Of a stretch of DNA of 64,000 nt, positions 24,801 through 36,452 are shown piece by piece (position 1 is the stretch's first letter; the number at the start of each line of letters is the position of its first letter). Both the position numbers and the translations under genes were made by a program. The stretch is from Guillardia theta CCMP2712 (Eukaryota > Protista > Cryptophyta), in the NCBI RefSeq assembly GCF_000315625.1, contig NW_005434639.1:257511-321510 (forward strand), read 5' to 3'. The notes beneath the pieces are model-generated. The model was not told where the DNA came from and searched no databases. It worked only from the letters and a program-made list of their open reading frames with translations.

Positions 24801-25494
24801 ATGATGTTGTGGGTAAGGTACCCTCTCTCTTCCTCAACTACCCCCACGTATCGAGTCGTGAGACATACGTCTACCCCTTTCTCCTACGTAAAATACCCTA
24901 CCAGATTAGAATGTCCAACCCCAGGGGAACAGACCGGTGATATGGATTTGATGGGGTGGGTACATGACTAGGGGTGGGGGGGGATCAGGTTACCTGGTCT
25001 GCAAACTTTCATCGGATTCCGAAGTTTGACCGGGGTCCACCCGGGCCGGGCCGGCCGCGGCGGCGAATCGGCAGGGGCCCAGTGTGCCCAGCGGGACTCC
25101 GAGTCTCAGCAGGGCGGTGAGTCCCGGATCGGTGACTCAGTGGCCACCAAGCCAGCCCGAGGGCCCGCCAGCGGCCGCTCCGAGGCTCAGCGGCCGGGCC
25201 GCCGTCACGGCCGAGTACTAACTCAGAACAGGCTCGGAACGTTCAACCGGCGGCCCGGCGCCGCCGTGAATGCCGTGCAGTCACAGTGACTGATGGTCCG
25301 GCTGATTGTTTACATAAAACTTTGAACGATCTTCTACAGTGCACACTTGCTCTCCGACCGTGCGGCTGACGCGGATCGATAGGAAGAGGGAGATAGAGGG
25401 AAACCCATGGCACGGTCATAATTGAAAGAGCACGGAGTGAGACGAAGCCTTGAAGCGCCACGCCGTGGCCCGGGCACCGCCTGAAAGTCAGGAC

Positions 25495-26048
25495 NNNNNN
25501 NNNNNNNNNNNNNNNNNNNNNNNNNNNNNNNNNNNNNNNNNNNNNNNNNNNNNNNNNNNNNNNNNNNNNNNNNNNNNNNNNNNNNNNNNNNNNNNNNNNN
25601 NNNNNNNNNNNNNNNNNNNNNNNNNNNNNNNNNNNNNNNNNNNNNNNNNNNNNNNNNNNNNNNNNNNNNNNNNNNNNNNNNNNNNNNNNNNNNNNNNNNN
25701 NNNNNNNNNNNNNNNNNNNNNNNNNNNNNNNNNNNNNNNNNNNNNNNNNNNNNNNNNNNNNNNNNNNNNNNNNNNNNNNNNNNNNNNNNNNNNNNNNNNN
25801 NNNNNNNNNNNNNNNNNNNNNNNNNNNNNNNNNNNNNNNNNNNNNNNNNNNNNNNNNNNNNNNNNNNNNNNNNNNNNNNNNNNNNNNNNNNNNNNNNNNN
25901 NNNNNNNNNNNNNNNNNNNNNNNNNNNNNNNNNNNNNNNNNNNNNNNNNNNNNNNNNNNNNNNNNNNNNNNNNNNNNNNNNNNNNNNNNNNNNNNNNNNN
26001 NNNNNNNNNNNNNNNNNNNNNNNNNNNNNNNNNNNNNNNNNNNNNNNN
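25495..26048. other. Assembly gap
   Basis: N run. Confidence 1.
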
Positions 26049-26177
26049 TCCTCCTCCTCCTCCTCCTCCTCCTCCTCCTCCTCCTCCTTCCTCCTCCTCC
26101 TCCTCCTCCTCCTCCTCCTCCTCCTCCTCCTCCTCCTCCTCCTCCTCCTCCTCCTCCTCCTCCTCCTCCTCCTCCTC
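26049..26177. repeat. (CCT)n microsatellite
   Basis: Read directly. Confidence 0.95.
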
Positions 26178-26218
26178 CCATCTCCTCCTCCGCCTCCTCC
26201 TCATTTTCCTCCCCTAAG

Positions 26219-26320
26219 TGTTGTGCCTGTCTAGCCATCCTCGCGTCGATCGTCAGCGGCGTCGTCTTCCTGCTTCTGGTGGGCATCGGAATCTGGTGGT
26301 ACAGGAGGCGGTCAAGATAG
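26219..26320 (+). CDS. Orphan terminal exon encoding a C-terminal transmembrane helix plus basic tail
   Basis: After a pyrimidine tract and AG: ..LAILASIVSGVVFLLLVGIGIWWYRRRSR*. Confidence 0.6.
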   Translation, partial: CCACLAILASIVSGVVFLLLVGIGIWWYRRRSR

Positions 26321-26524
26321 CGGCAGGGGGGGAGGAAGAGGAAGAGGAAGAGAATGGAGCCAGCGAGGCAGGATGTGGATAGATATGAAGCTAGGTGGAG
26401 GAGGAACAAGAGGGAGGAGGGGAGGAGGGCAGGCCTTGGGATTGTGAGATATGAAAGTAGAGGATGTCTAGTGTTGTTGTTCATGTTTAGAATACATCTG
26501 TACAAGTCAATAGTGCCTTTCTTG

Positions 26525-26593
26525 TCATTTCCTCGGAATCGGGGGCTCGTACTTCACTTCTTTGGTCACCGGGTTATAGTAGTACGTCTGCGT

Positions 26594-26629
<36 letters not shown>

Positions 26630-29600
26630 TCCATCATCATCTCCATCATCATCTCCATCATCTTCATCATCTCCATCATCTTCATCATCACATTCATCAT
26701 CATCAGCAGCAGCAGCAGCTCTTGATTGCATGTCAGAGAAACACGAAGATCACAACTGAACAGAGGAGAAAGGGAGGAGTACGAGAGAAGCTGAAGAAGC
26801 AGCACAGGAGCAGGAGCAAGGAAAGGAAGAAGGAAGAGAGAGCGGGAGCACGAGACAAGTTGAAAGAACGTGTTCAACCTTGAGGCCCTTGTAAGGACGA
26901 TGATTTCCTGACCCTGATCGCAAGACCCATCCTTTCACCTCAGGCGCTTTCCACTCCTGCATGCAGCGTTACTTGCTCCTGCCCATGCTTCTTTATCCAC
27001 GTCCCTCCTCCTCTGCTTCTCCTTCCCCTTCAGCCACTGCCACCCTCCTTCCTCTTCGCAGCCCCTCCCCAACATCGCCTCCGTCGCTCCTCCACACGTC
27101 TTCCTTGCTCCATGCCCTTACCCTCTGCTTGGTATCGTTGTTGTAGTAGAACCATCGCTCCTTCGTCTTGCTGTAGTGCACACTCCACAACAACTAGCAG
27201 CGACAGTCAGAGGCTTCCGCATGATGCAGGAAGAGTTCGAGAATGAGAAGGAGAAAAAGGAGGACGGGAAGGAGAAGAAAGAGATTATGGAGGAATGCGA
27301 GGAGGAGGAGGAGAAGGAGGACAGCAAGTGTAAGAGGTAGACTAAGAGGAAATACAACCTTGCTTGCCTTTTTCTTCCTGGAAACATGCTTCCTGGCGCT
27401 AGAGCCCCCCTCATCCTTCCTCTCCTCGTCACTGTTCTCGTCTCGGGCGGAAGGGAAGGCTTCGTCCCAGTCAGGGTCGGGGGAGAGGCCGATGTGATGG
27501 TCGAAGTCGAGGAGGGGAGAAGAGGAGGAAGCTTCGAGCCGAGCGCCGTTACGATCAGCGTGCCGATCAGAAGTCTCAGCGAAGAGCTCGACGATGGCGT
27601 GAACAAGATCCCTGACATCCTGTCGCAGGATCATCAGAGGGAGCAGAGGAACAAGGGGGGAGAAGAACGAAGCGCAGGAGACAGGGAGCTGGTTGTAAGG
27701 TCTTTGCATTACCAGGAACGTCTTGTCCGACTTGCTCGTGTCCTTCCAGTACTTGAGGCTCCTACACACATGAAGGTCAAATAGAACCACTCCTTCTCCC
27801 ACTTCTCCTCTGATCCCCCTGCTCCCCCGACCCACCCTCCTCTTCTCTTCTTCTCTCCTCCTCCTTCTCCTTCTCCTTCTCCTTCTCCTTCTCCTCCTCC
27901 TCCTCCTCCTCCTCTTAGTCCGCCTCCTTCCTCGTCCTCCTACTCGTACTCATACACGCCCTCCTCCTCTCGTGTTTACAGGTCGCAACCGATGATGACG
28001 AGCTCTTGCCCAGTGCTTGCCCAATGCTCTAGCTGCAGCTCCCACATCCTTCCAAATCAGAAGTGAGCGAAGTTGGAAATGACGAGTGGGAGAGCCCGAT
28101 GATGATGATGATGACNNNNNNNNNNNNNNNNNNNNNNNNNNNNNNNNNNNNNNNNNNNNNNNNNNNNNNNNNNNNNNNNNNNNNNNNNNNNNNNNNNNNN
28201 NNNNNNNNNNNNNNNCTTCAGCTTCTGGTACATGAGCGGGAGAGGATACCCCACTGAGATGCGCTTGTCTCCGAGGATCGCGGCTCTCTCCCTGCTTCTT
28301 CCCCTCCCCTCCATCGTGTCGCGGTCATAGCAGAAGGACTCAAAGTCTCGGCAGGGCTCATACCCCATGTCCTGCCGCCTGTCAGCACCATCGCCCAGCT
28401 CCAGCAGACCATATCACCTTGAAGACGTCTGCAGCCTCCCCGTAGACCTTGCAGCTCACAGTCTTCCGCTGCTTCTCCAGCGTCACCGACTGATTTCTGA
28501 CCTGCCCGGCACGTCAGCGTCCACCAGCGCCTCCAGCACCAACGTGCCGCATTCTCCAGCTGCAAGGAAGTCTCTGCGTCAATGTCTACCAGCCCCAACC
28601 TCTCCAGCTGCGCGTTGGAGCATCCCTGAGCGATGAGGAGGCGGACTGCCACGTGGTACTGGCAGAGCATGCTGAGCTCGAGCTGGCTCAGTCGCTTCTC
28701 TTCTACTGGAAACTGTGAGGACGATGCATGAAGCAGAGGAAGGATGAGTTGGGAGAGGAGTTGGCAAGGACAAGAAAGGCAAGCAGGAGCAGGAGAGCAG
28801 GAGCTGGACGAGGTGAAGACCTCTGGTTCCTTGAACAGAGAACTGATTCTTCGTCCACCTATGATAAGGAACCACCGTTAGCATACAAGGAATATCAGAA
28901 GCAAGTCAGTCAGATCAAGACATTCACAGACCAACAGCAGCAGCAAGTCGAGAGGCAGAAAACGTGGCTGAAAACACGAACCTCTCAAGGATGCGGAAAC
29001 GGCAGCGAGTGTGGAGGCTGGAGAAGGAGGAGAGCGGCTGCTCCGACGAGTCTGTACGATCAGGACGGAAGAGAGTGTTGCAGAGGCAGGGCATCGCCAC
29101 ACAGCACCAGAGAAATCTGATCTCCATCTCCACGTTCCACTCGTTGCTGCTGGACATCGCCGGTGATCTCTCGAGCAGGTCGATCCGGCGCAACAGGGCG
29201 AGGACGAAAGTCTCGTCCTCGACGCAGCTGAGAGCGAAGGAGGAGAGGATGAATACGCAGTCGTTCAGGGGAAGCGCCTCCAAGACGTCCAGCTGTTTGA
29301 ACCTGTCCATCATCTGCAAGCCCATCTCTGTGGAGAGGAACAGCTGAAGCTGAGCATGAAAGCAGACTACGTCCTTGAGCTCCTGAGCGCTCATCTCCCC
29401 AACCTGTTGCTGCAGCCTCTTGATCAGCCTGTAGCTGAAGTTGACACTCCTGTCCCCTGCACAGCCCATCCACCAGAAGATGGTCTGGACGTGCCTTGTT
29501 CTCAGCTCAGCCCCGCACCCGTCAATCTTCTCCTTGAGCTTTTCCACAGCAATCATGTCCACCAGGTGCTGCCCGACGCTGAGGCTCCTCATGAGGCACG

Positions 29601-32600
29601 TGCAAGCGAACACGGGGACGACAACGTCGACCTGCAGTAGCCTGACAAACTCTTCGTCCTTGCAGCGGTTGACAAGAGCAAGGAGGGTCTGAGACAGAAC
29701 CTCCTTGGGCAGCTCATCCTTCGCCTCCAGGATCCCGCTGCACATGTTCGCGACCATGGAGAGGTCGAGGTTGTCTCCCTTCATCGCCTCCTCGCCCAGC
29801 TTCATCAGCGTCACCATCAGCGAGGTCGGGAACCTGCTGCGAGGCCGACCGACTTCAATCCAGATGCTGACAACGTCATTGAAGAGCTGCGCTTGTTGAG
29901 ATCCGTCCATCTCGTCGAGCTTGGAGGAGCAATGAGCAAGTAGACCGGATTGAAACACGATCTCCTGCAGCCTCCGGCTGTTGTCCATCGGGTTCTGCTG
30001 CCCCAGCTTACGCAGGCACAGCGCGATCGTCCCGGCGTCCATCCTCACGAAGCCATCATGTATGCAGAGGAGAGCCTCTAGGAGTCTCATGACCTCAACA
30101 CGATGGTGGAGGCGCGGGAGGGCGCGGAGGATGCATTCTTCTTCGAACTCCGATGAGATGTAGTTGCGCAGTCGATCCCCTCGGAACAAGAACTTCTTCT
30201 TCTCGACGTTCACCTCCCGCACAAGCTTCCACGATGACAGGCGGACCTGCAGGAGGGACCAACCCGACAGCGATAAGATCTGCCTCCTCAACTCGAACCT
30301 TCCGTTGAGTCGCAAGCTTGTCTCCTCCGGAGAGAACAACTCGTCCTCCGCCCTCACCACATCCAGCACGACCTTCTTCTCCTCGTTGCTCAACGGCAAC
30401 AAGAAACCAGCACCCTCGTCCCTCCGACCGACTCGCAGCTCCACTCCAAACTCAGCTGCCGTCTCGCTGATTTCCTTCAGGCATCGGCTGCCCTCCTCGC
30501 CATCCGTAAAGTCCTGTAAGAGCATCAGACATTTCTTCCCGGCCATTCTGATCGTCTCCATCGTCTCCTTCTCCCTCTCCCCGAGGGTAGCAGTCGCTTG
30601 CGGGCTGATAAGGCCGACCAGACTCGTCAGCATGTAGAATCTCTCCAACGAGGACTTGCCGAGCTTCTTCTCGACAGCGTCCTCGCCAACTTTACCTGCG
30701 TCAGACAACAGAGCTTGTCTCAGACGCATCAGCATCGTAGTCAATAGTGCAACTTCGCGCGACTCGGAGTTTGTCTCGCTCCCGTTCTTCTTCCAGACGT
30801 CTTCCATGGAATTGTCGTTGTTGCACAAGATAACTTGCGAGAAGAGCAGCATGATGGCCATCTGTGCATGCAGGTAAGGGTTGCTGAGGCTCTCCCTCAT
30901 CCTTATCCTCCTCTCTTTCTCCTTGACGTCCTCTACATCGAACATGTCGACGTCCTCGCTGTCCTTGGACTTCGCCTTCTCACTCTCAGAACTGGTCTGT
31001 TCGTCGAGGAGTGTATCAAGCATCTCGTCGTAGAGCTCCTTGAAGTCCGGCACCAACTGGGTCTGATTGAACATCCCCAGGGCCAGCAACATGCAACTTC
31101 TGTCTGCTATCGACAGCTCCTCCCTACCCCTCACCACGCGCTTCACTGCCTGGCCAAGAGCCTCTACAGACGGGATCACTCCGAGAAGGGCGAGGGAGCA
31201 GATGATCATGCAGCATGTCTTGGCCGGCACCTCCTCCAGCTTCCCTGCCAACTTGCTGAAGATGCCGACCCACGTTGAGCTCCGAGCTTCCTCTTTTGCA
31301 TCACCTGAGAGGAGGAGGAGGAGGTAGAAGCGACCAAGGTCTGCTGCCTGCATGCGATCCCGCAGGTCCATGATCAACTTGAGCAGAGAGGACAAGAAGT
31401 TCTTCATCTGCAATCCGCCTCGCTGACCCCCCAAGGCGTCTCCTGTTACAGCTGTTGGAAGCTCCTCCTGCTCTCCCTCCAGCAGCAGCTCGGGGAACCT
31501 AGCTCGCAAGCACGACTCGAGCTCCTCGCCCGAGGACAAACTGACGTACATGTCCAGCACGACAGCCGGGTCCGAAGAACGAGCAAAGAAGAGAGTCACC
31601 TCTCTCAGCATGTCGAGGTATTGCGCATGCAAGGGAGAGTCCCAGCCGAGGGAGTAGGAGGTCCGAGCAAAGAGGAAGAGATGCTGGAACTCCCTTTGAA
31701 AATTCGCCTGTTGGAAGTCCGACGACGGTCTCCCCCCTTGCTGAGCCCGGCTCCCTCCCCGTATAGCCGTGGAGTATCGCTCCAGCAGCTGCAGAAACTT
31801 GCGAGCGAAGGAGGTCTCTACCTCTTGTTGCACCTTGAGCTGCAAGCGGCTACAGACAAGGACGATCTTCGCCACCTGCTGGGTGTCACATCTGTCCAGC
31901 ATCCTCGCCACATCCAAGAGGATCGAGGTAGCCAGGCTCTTCCTGTGCTCCCCTCCTATTTCCCCACCACTGCTCTCCAATCCGCTCGACAGGGCCTGGA
32001 GGATGCTGATCGCCGTCGATGCAGACAAGTTCCTCCCCAGCGCCCTGGAAGAGAGTGGGATCGCCTCCACTAGCTCCTCGCAGAGCGCGTGCCCTCCGAA
32101 CGTCAAGCCTGACAGGGTCACCGCAAGCTCACCCGAAGAGTAGGAGGAGACGAACTTGGCTGCTGCGCGGGAGATCTCCTGCTGCATACTCAAGCTGACC
32201 TTCAGCTCGAGTTTCTCGATCGCATATGCCAGGTCGGTGATGTCTCGTCCTCCTAGCTGACCCGGGTCGACCATGATCCTCCTCTCCAGCGCAGGGACAA
32301 ACTTCTCCGCCCTGTCCTGCATGTCCAACCTACACAAGACCCACAAGAGACGAGCAGCGTTCACACTGCTCAATTCCATCTCCCCAACGGGAGCAGAGCC
32401 AGAACTTTGAGGCGGAGGGTCATGGAGAGTCTGTGTTGCTGAGAGCAGCAGAGTGTCCATCACCTTGCTGTCGGCATCGCGCCATTCCAGCGAGCAGAGT
32501 GCCCAGAGAGCCTGAGTAGCTGCTGGAGGGACCAGCTCCTGCCCCCACTTCGCCAGCTGGGCAGCAAAGTCGTGCAGGATGGCCATGCTGAGAGTGATGT

Positions 32601-35091
32601 CTCGCTCAGCCAGCAGCAGCAGGACGGCAAGGAGATCCTGAACCTGCAGTGCCTGCACTCTGATCTTTGAGGCGATGAGGCGAATCACTTCGATGTTTCG
32701 AGCACAGTCCCTCGCCTTTCCGAAGAGGAGGAGCAACCTTACCATCCGATCCATCCCGATCTCCGTCCTGCCATCGAGGAGGAGGCGCTTCAGCCGATCG
32801 CATGCTCGCTCGTTCAGGCTCGAGCTCATGTCGACTTTGATCGCAGCAAGAGCGTCAAGAACCGCCAGGAATTCGAAGTTGTTCATCTGCTTGACAGAGT
32901 TCTCCACCTTTTTGATGAGCGACCAGCCGGCAGAGCTGGAGAGACAGGATGACGCACAGCTGAAGGGAGAGAGGGAAGAGAACAACCTCGCAAGCTCAGT
33001 GTGCTTCATGGCGAAGACAGATTTGCTCAGGACCTTGACTATGTCCGGCAGGAGGGAGGATGACGGCTCCTTCTTTCCGTCCCAGCCGATCAACGACAAC
33101 TGATCGAGCATGGAGATCAGCTGGTGAGAAGATATCTTGCTGTCCGAGAGCAAGCTTCTCATCTGGCCCTCCACCAGCTTGTACGTTTCAGGGTATTTCT
33201 CTCTGAGCGCTGTCGAGTCGATCTTCTCCACCTTTGAGACTTCAGCAATCTTCCTTACAAGTCTGTCGATCTCATCAAAGTTCAACACCTTCTGCGTGTT
33301 TGGCAACATCACGAACGACTCTAGCTGATCCATTGCATGTGCATCACGCAGAATTATGGAGATTGGAATCGCTGGGTCCGCCTGCTGCCACTCCTCTGCT
33401 GCTTCCACCCTTGCGGAAGTATCTTGTATTCCAGCATTCGCATTCGCAATCCCCGGGGTCACCAGACCAGGTTGAACAGGTAGATTCCCGTTGGCTTCAA
33501 AACTCATAGGTTGATCCCTTCCAGGCTGCCCGACAGACGCTAGATCTTCGATCGCCTTGTTTGCAGGAAAATGTTGGGGAGTATTCGGAATCGCTGAAGT
33601 GAAGAGAGCGAAGACAACAGGGGTATGAGCTGCAGGGACCTTGGGGTGCTCTATAAAATTCCTTTCTCCATCCTGAATCCCAGCATCTTGTTTTCCTATC
33701 TTGCTATCAGCCTTCGTTGTCGGCTCCCTTCCTATCCTGCCATCAGCCTTAGTTGTGGGCTCCCTTCCTATCCTGCCATCAGCCTTGATGGCCGGCTCCC
33801 TTCCTATCCTGCTATCAGCCTTGATGGCCGGCTCCCTTCCTATCCTGCCATCAGCCTTGATGGCCGGCTCCCTTCCTATCCTGCTATCAGCCTTGATCGC
33901 CGGCTCCCTTCCTATCCTGCCATCAGCCTTCGTCGCCTGTGCCTCTTGCCCACCAGCCCTTGGCTTCTTGTTCGGCTCTACCTCGCTCTCCTTTGCAGTG
34001 TTTTCCCTCTTTCCAAGACCAGTCGATGAAGACCTGATCAGCTCCACCTTGAAACTTCCATAATCTTTCCTGAACATCTCCAGCAGCAGCACAGTCCCTT
34101 CTCGTCCCAGCACGCGCTTCTTGATCTCTTCCCGCAGTACTCCCCTGCAATCCAACTCATCGACCCTGAGCACGAGGTCCCCGTTCCTGATCGTCCCTTC
34201 GCACCATACAGACCCTCCCTCCTTGATAGATCGAACTTCACAGAAGCCATCTGGACCAGGGTCTGCTGGTTCAAGAACCATACCAACTCCACAGATCCCT
34301 TTCGCTCCATTGTTCCTGTCCCCCAATGACGAACTACCCCCGTTGCGCTGCTCTGCCTGTGCAGGTGTTCCCTTGGAATCCTTTTTCACATCAGCACGAG
34401 GTGCATCATCCTGCCGAGCTTTTCCTGTGTTTGTCAATTTATCTTCATTCATGCGCTGAGAACCCTTGAACTGCTCTATGTGCTCTTTTGATAGTGTTGC
34501 ACGTGTGGAGGGAAACGAGGTTTCGGATGGGACTTTCAAAGGCTCGGAGTCCTTCATGTCAGCTATCGCATCTTCTGCTGGGTCGTACTCTTCTTCACTG
34601 TTACCTCCAAGGATCTCACCCAGCACATCGACGCCTTCATCAGGATCCGAATTCTTGGGATATGATACAGGCAGGCTTCCAACGTCAGGAGTATCCTTCT
34701 TACTGTCAGATGGGTTCCGTCTTGCACTGTTCTGGAAAGCTTTAAGCCATTGTTCTGTCTCTTGGACATCTTGAGATTGGAGGAGAACCTCCTTAGCTCC
34801 CTTTCTAAGAGAAATGCTCACATCATCGGTTTTGCAAATCGAGTCGAGCTCTTTCAGGTTCATGGAGAACCGTTCGATCTTTGCAACAGAAGTCTGGCTA
34901 TCATAGAAGTCGAGGTTGCCATCCTTGTCCAGCTTCAACCACTTCCTCGCCCATCTCTTCAACTTCCCTTCGAACTACAAGGAAATGTAAACAACCACAG
35001 CACAATCAAGCGCCGCACGTACCTGAACGCGCAGGAAACCTTCCAGGCCATCCTTGACAACGTCAGAGCCGGAAGCACTGGAGCTTTGCAT
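26525..35091 (-). CDS. Giant multidomain protein: PH - PDZ - 12-aa repeats - helical (FASTK/OPR-like) region - RAP - helical region - RAP-like - WW - WW
   Basis: PH: LEGFLRVQ|FEGKLKRWARKWLKL...ETEQWLKAFQ. PDZ: CGVGMVL..EVRSIKEGGS..IRNGDLVLRVD..VLGREGTVLLLE. RAP: GFLLPLSNEEKKVVLDV..GRFELRRQILSLSGWSLLQVRLSSW. Downstream exons give GYPLPLMYQKLK..WELQLEHW and WW-like WSVHYSKTKERWFYYN..QEWKAP and GW..YYYNPVTKEVKYEPP. The join below 28924 is inferred and crosses a gap. Confidence 0.65.
26594..26720. repeat. (CAT)n / degenerate CATCAT and (CAG)5 intronic microsatellite
   Basis: Read directly. Confidence 0.9.
28116..28215. other. Assembly gap (100 N)
   Basis: N run. Confidence 1.
33696..33930 (-). 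repeat. 36-bp coding minisatellite (AIKADGRIGREP, ~6.5 copies)
   Basis: Alternating ADG/ADS variants visible in both DNA and translation. Confidence 0.92.
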
Positions 35092-35279
35092 CGTCCTGTG
35101 GACTTCTCCCCTCGCTCTTCCTCTGCTCAGCCTATCATCCCCTCATGGGCTCTTTAGAACCTTCATCATGCCACCCGGCACCTGGCATGGTGAGCTGGAG
35201 AAAAGGAAAAAATTCTCTTGAAAAATTAGTCAAAAATCAAGTAGTATCAAAGCTCACTTTTATAAATTAGTAAATGAGA

Positions 35280-36050
35280 GCCGCCGGGCCGGCGGCGAGA
35301 CCCGGGCCGGTCCTAGCTCACTGAGGCCGCCGCGCCCCACCGTCCGCACCGTTCAAAGAGCACCGTCACCGTTCAAGTTTCAGAGTTGCTTGGCGCACAC
35401 TTTGCTTCACGGTCCCCGGGCCCGGGGGCGGACCGGACCGGACCTGAACTCTCCTGTTTGCCCTCGTACTAGGCTGATTTTCAATGTAACTTACCGTCTT
35501 CAATGAGAGTCGAGTTGAAAGACACTGTGACAGTCCAGCGGCAAGCCGCAGTCACACTGCGGCCTGAAGAGCCAGGGCCGCACCGGCCGGGCGGGGAGTC
35601 CAGTCCGCCGCCACTGTTCCGAGTTCACGGCGACTGCGGCGGCCCGGCGCCGCGGGCCCGGCGAACTTCCGAACTTCGGAAGGCACGGTTTCAGATTCAC
35701 AGGTGACTGTCAGATCCGATGGGATCGGCCGCACGACTGGACCTTTTAAAACTACTTTTAGAAATTGACCGACAGACCAAGTGCGGTACTAATATTTTAG
35801 TTACTTCACGGCGGCCTCTCTCTTTGGAACCTGATCGTTTGGTACCTTCACTACCCCACCCCTCCCCGATTCTTCGTGATGGTCTTAGCCTGATGCACCG
35901 GTACCCTTCCACCTACGTGTTGACGTGACTGGTAGAATCGGACTGAGCAGGGGTGGAGTAGGGGATGGGGGTGTACATATCGGTCAAACTTCTTGAGGAG
36001 GGGTGGGTGGTAGGATTGAGCATTGTAGGGTGGGCAGGGTGGGGGGCAAA
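35280..36050. promoter_or_regulatory. CCGG/GC-rich island plus GGGGTA/TACCCC cluster in a divergent intergenic region
   Basis: Dense CCGG/GGCC with TCAG/TGAC words, then G-rich/TACCCC words, between the PH-RAP and CDC14-like gene starts. Confidence 0.4.
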
Positions 36051-36452
36051 GTACGCAGATGTGATCGGGATTGGGCAACAGATGGAGGGAGATGAGAGGC
36101 GAAGGGCGCATGAGAGCGGTAGGATCATCGAGATGGCGACATCATGCACCAGAGACAAACGTTGCAGAGAACAGAGATGTCATGCAGGCTTCCGCCGCTG
36201 ACTACCTGCGATTCGATTGAACGAGCTGAGCCTTTTTCCTTAAGACCTGTGCCTTGAAAGAGCCTGGAATCGACAAGAGATTGAAGTTTGCTCTTTTAGC
36301 AAGAAACCTACACATAGAGTGCGATTTCGCCCTGGGAAGGAAGCTGTAGATTGGAAGGGATGAGCAAGGAGGGGAACGTGACCCTCCCACCTATCGCAGC
36401 AGCAAAAGGAAATGGCAAGCCTGGAAGAGGATCGAAGAAGGGGACTGGAGCA

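Noticed and set aside
25243-26505. ORFs with poly-G/E/R/S and X runs
   Set aside because: Artefacts of microsatellites and N gaps.
33696-33930. 36-bp repeats as a CRISPR array
   Set aside because: Contiguous coding repeats without unique spacers; eukaryotic context.
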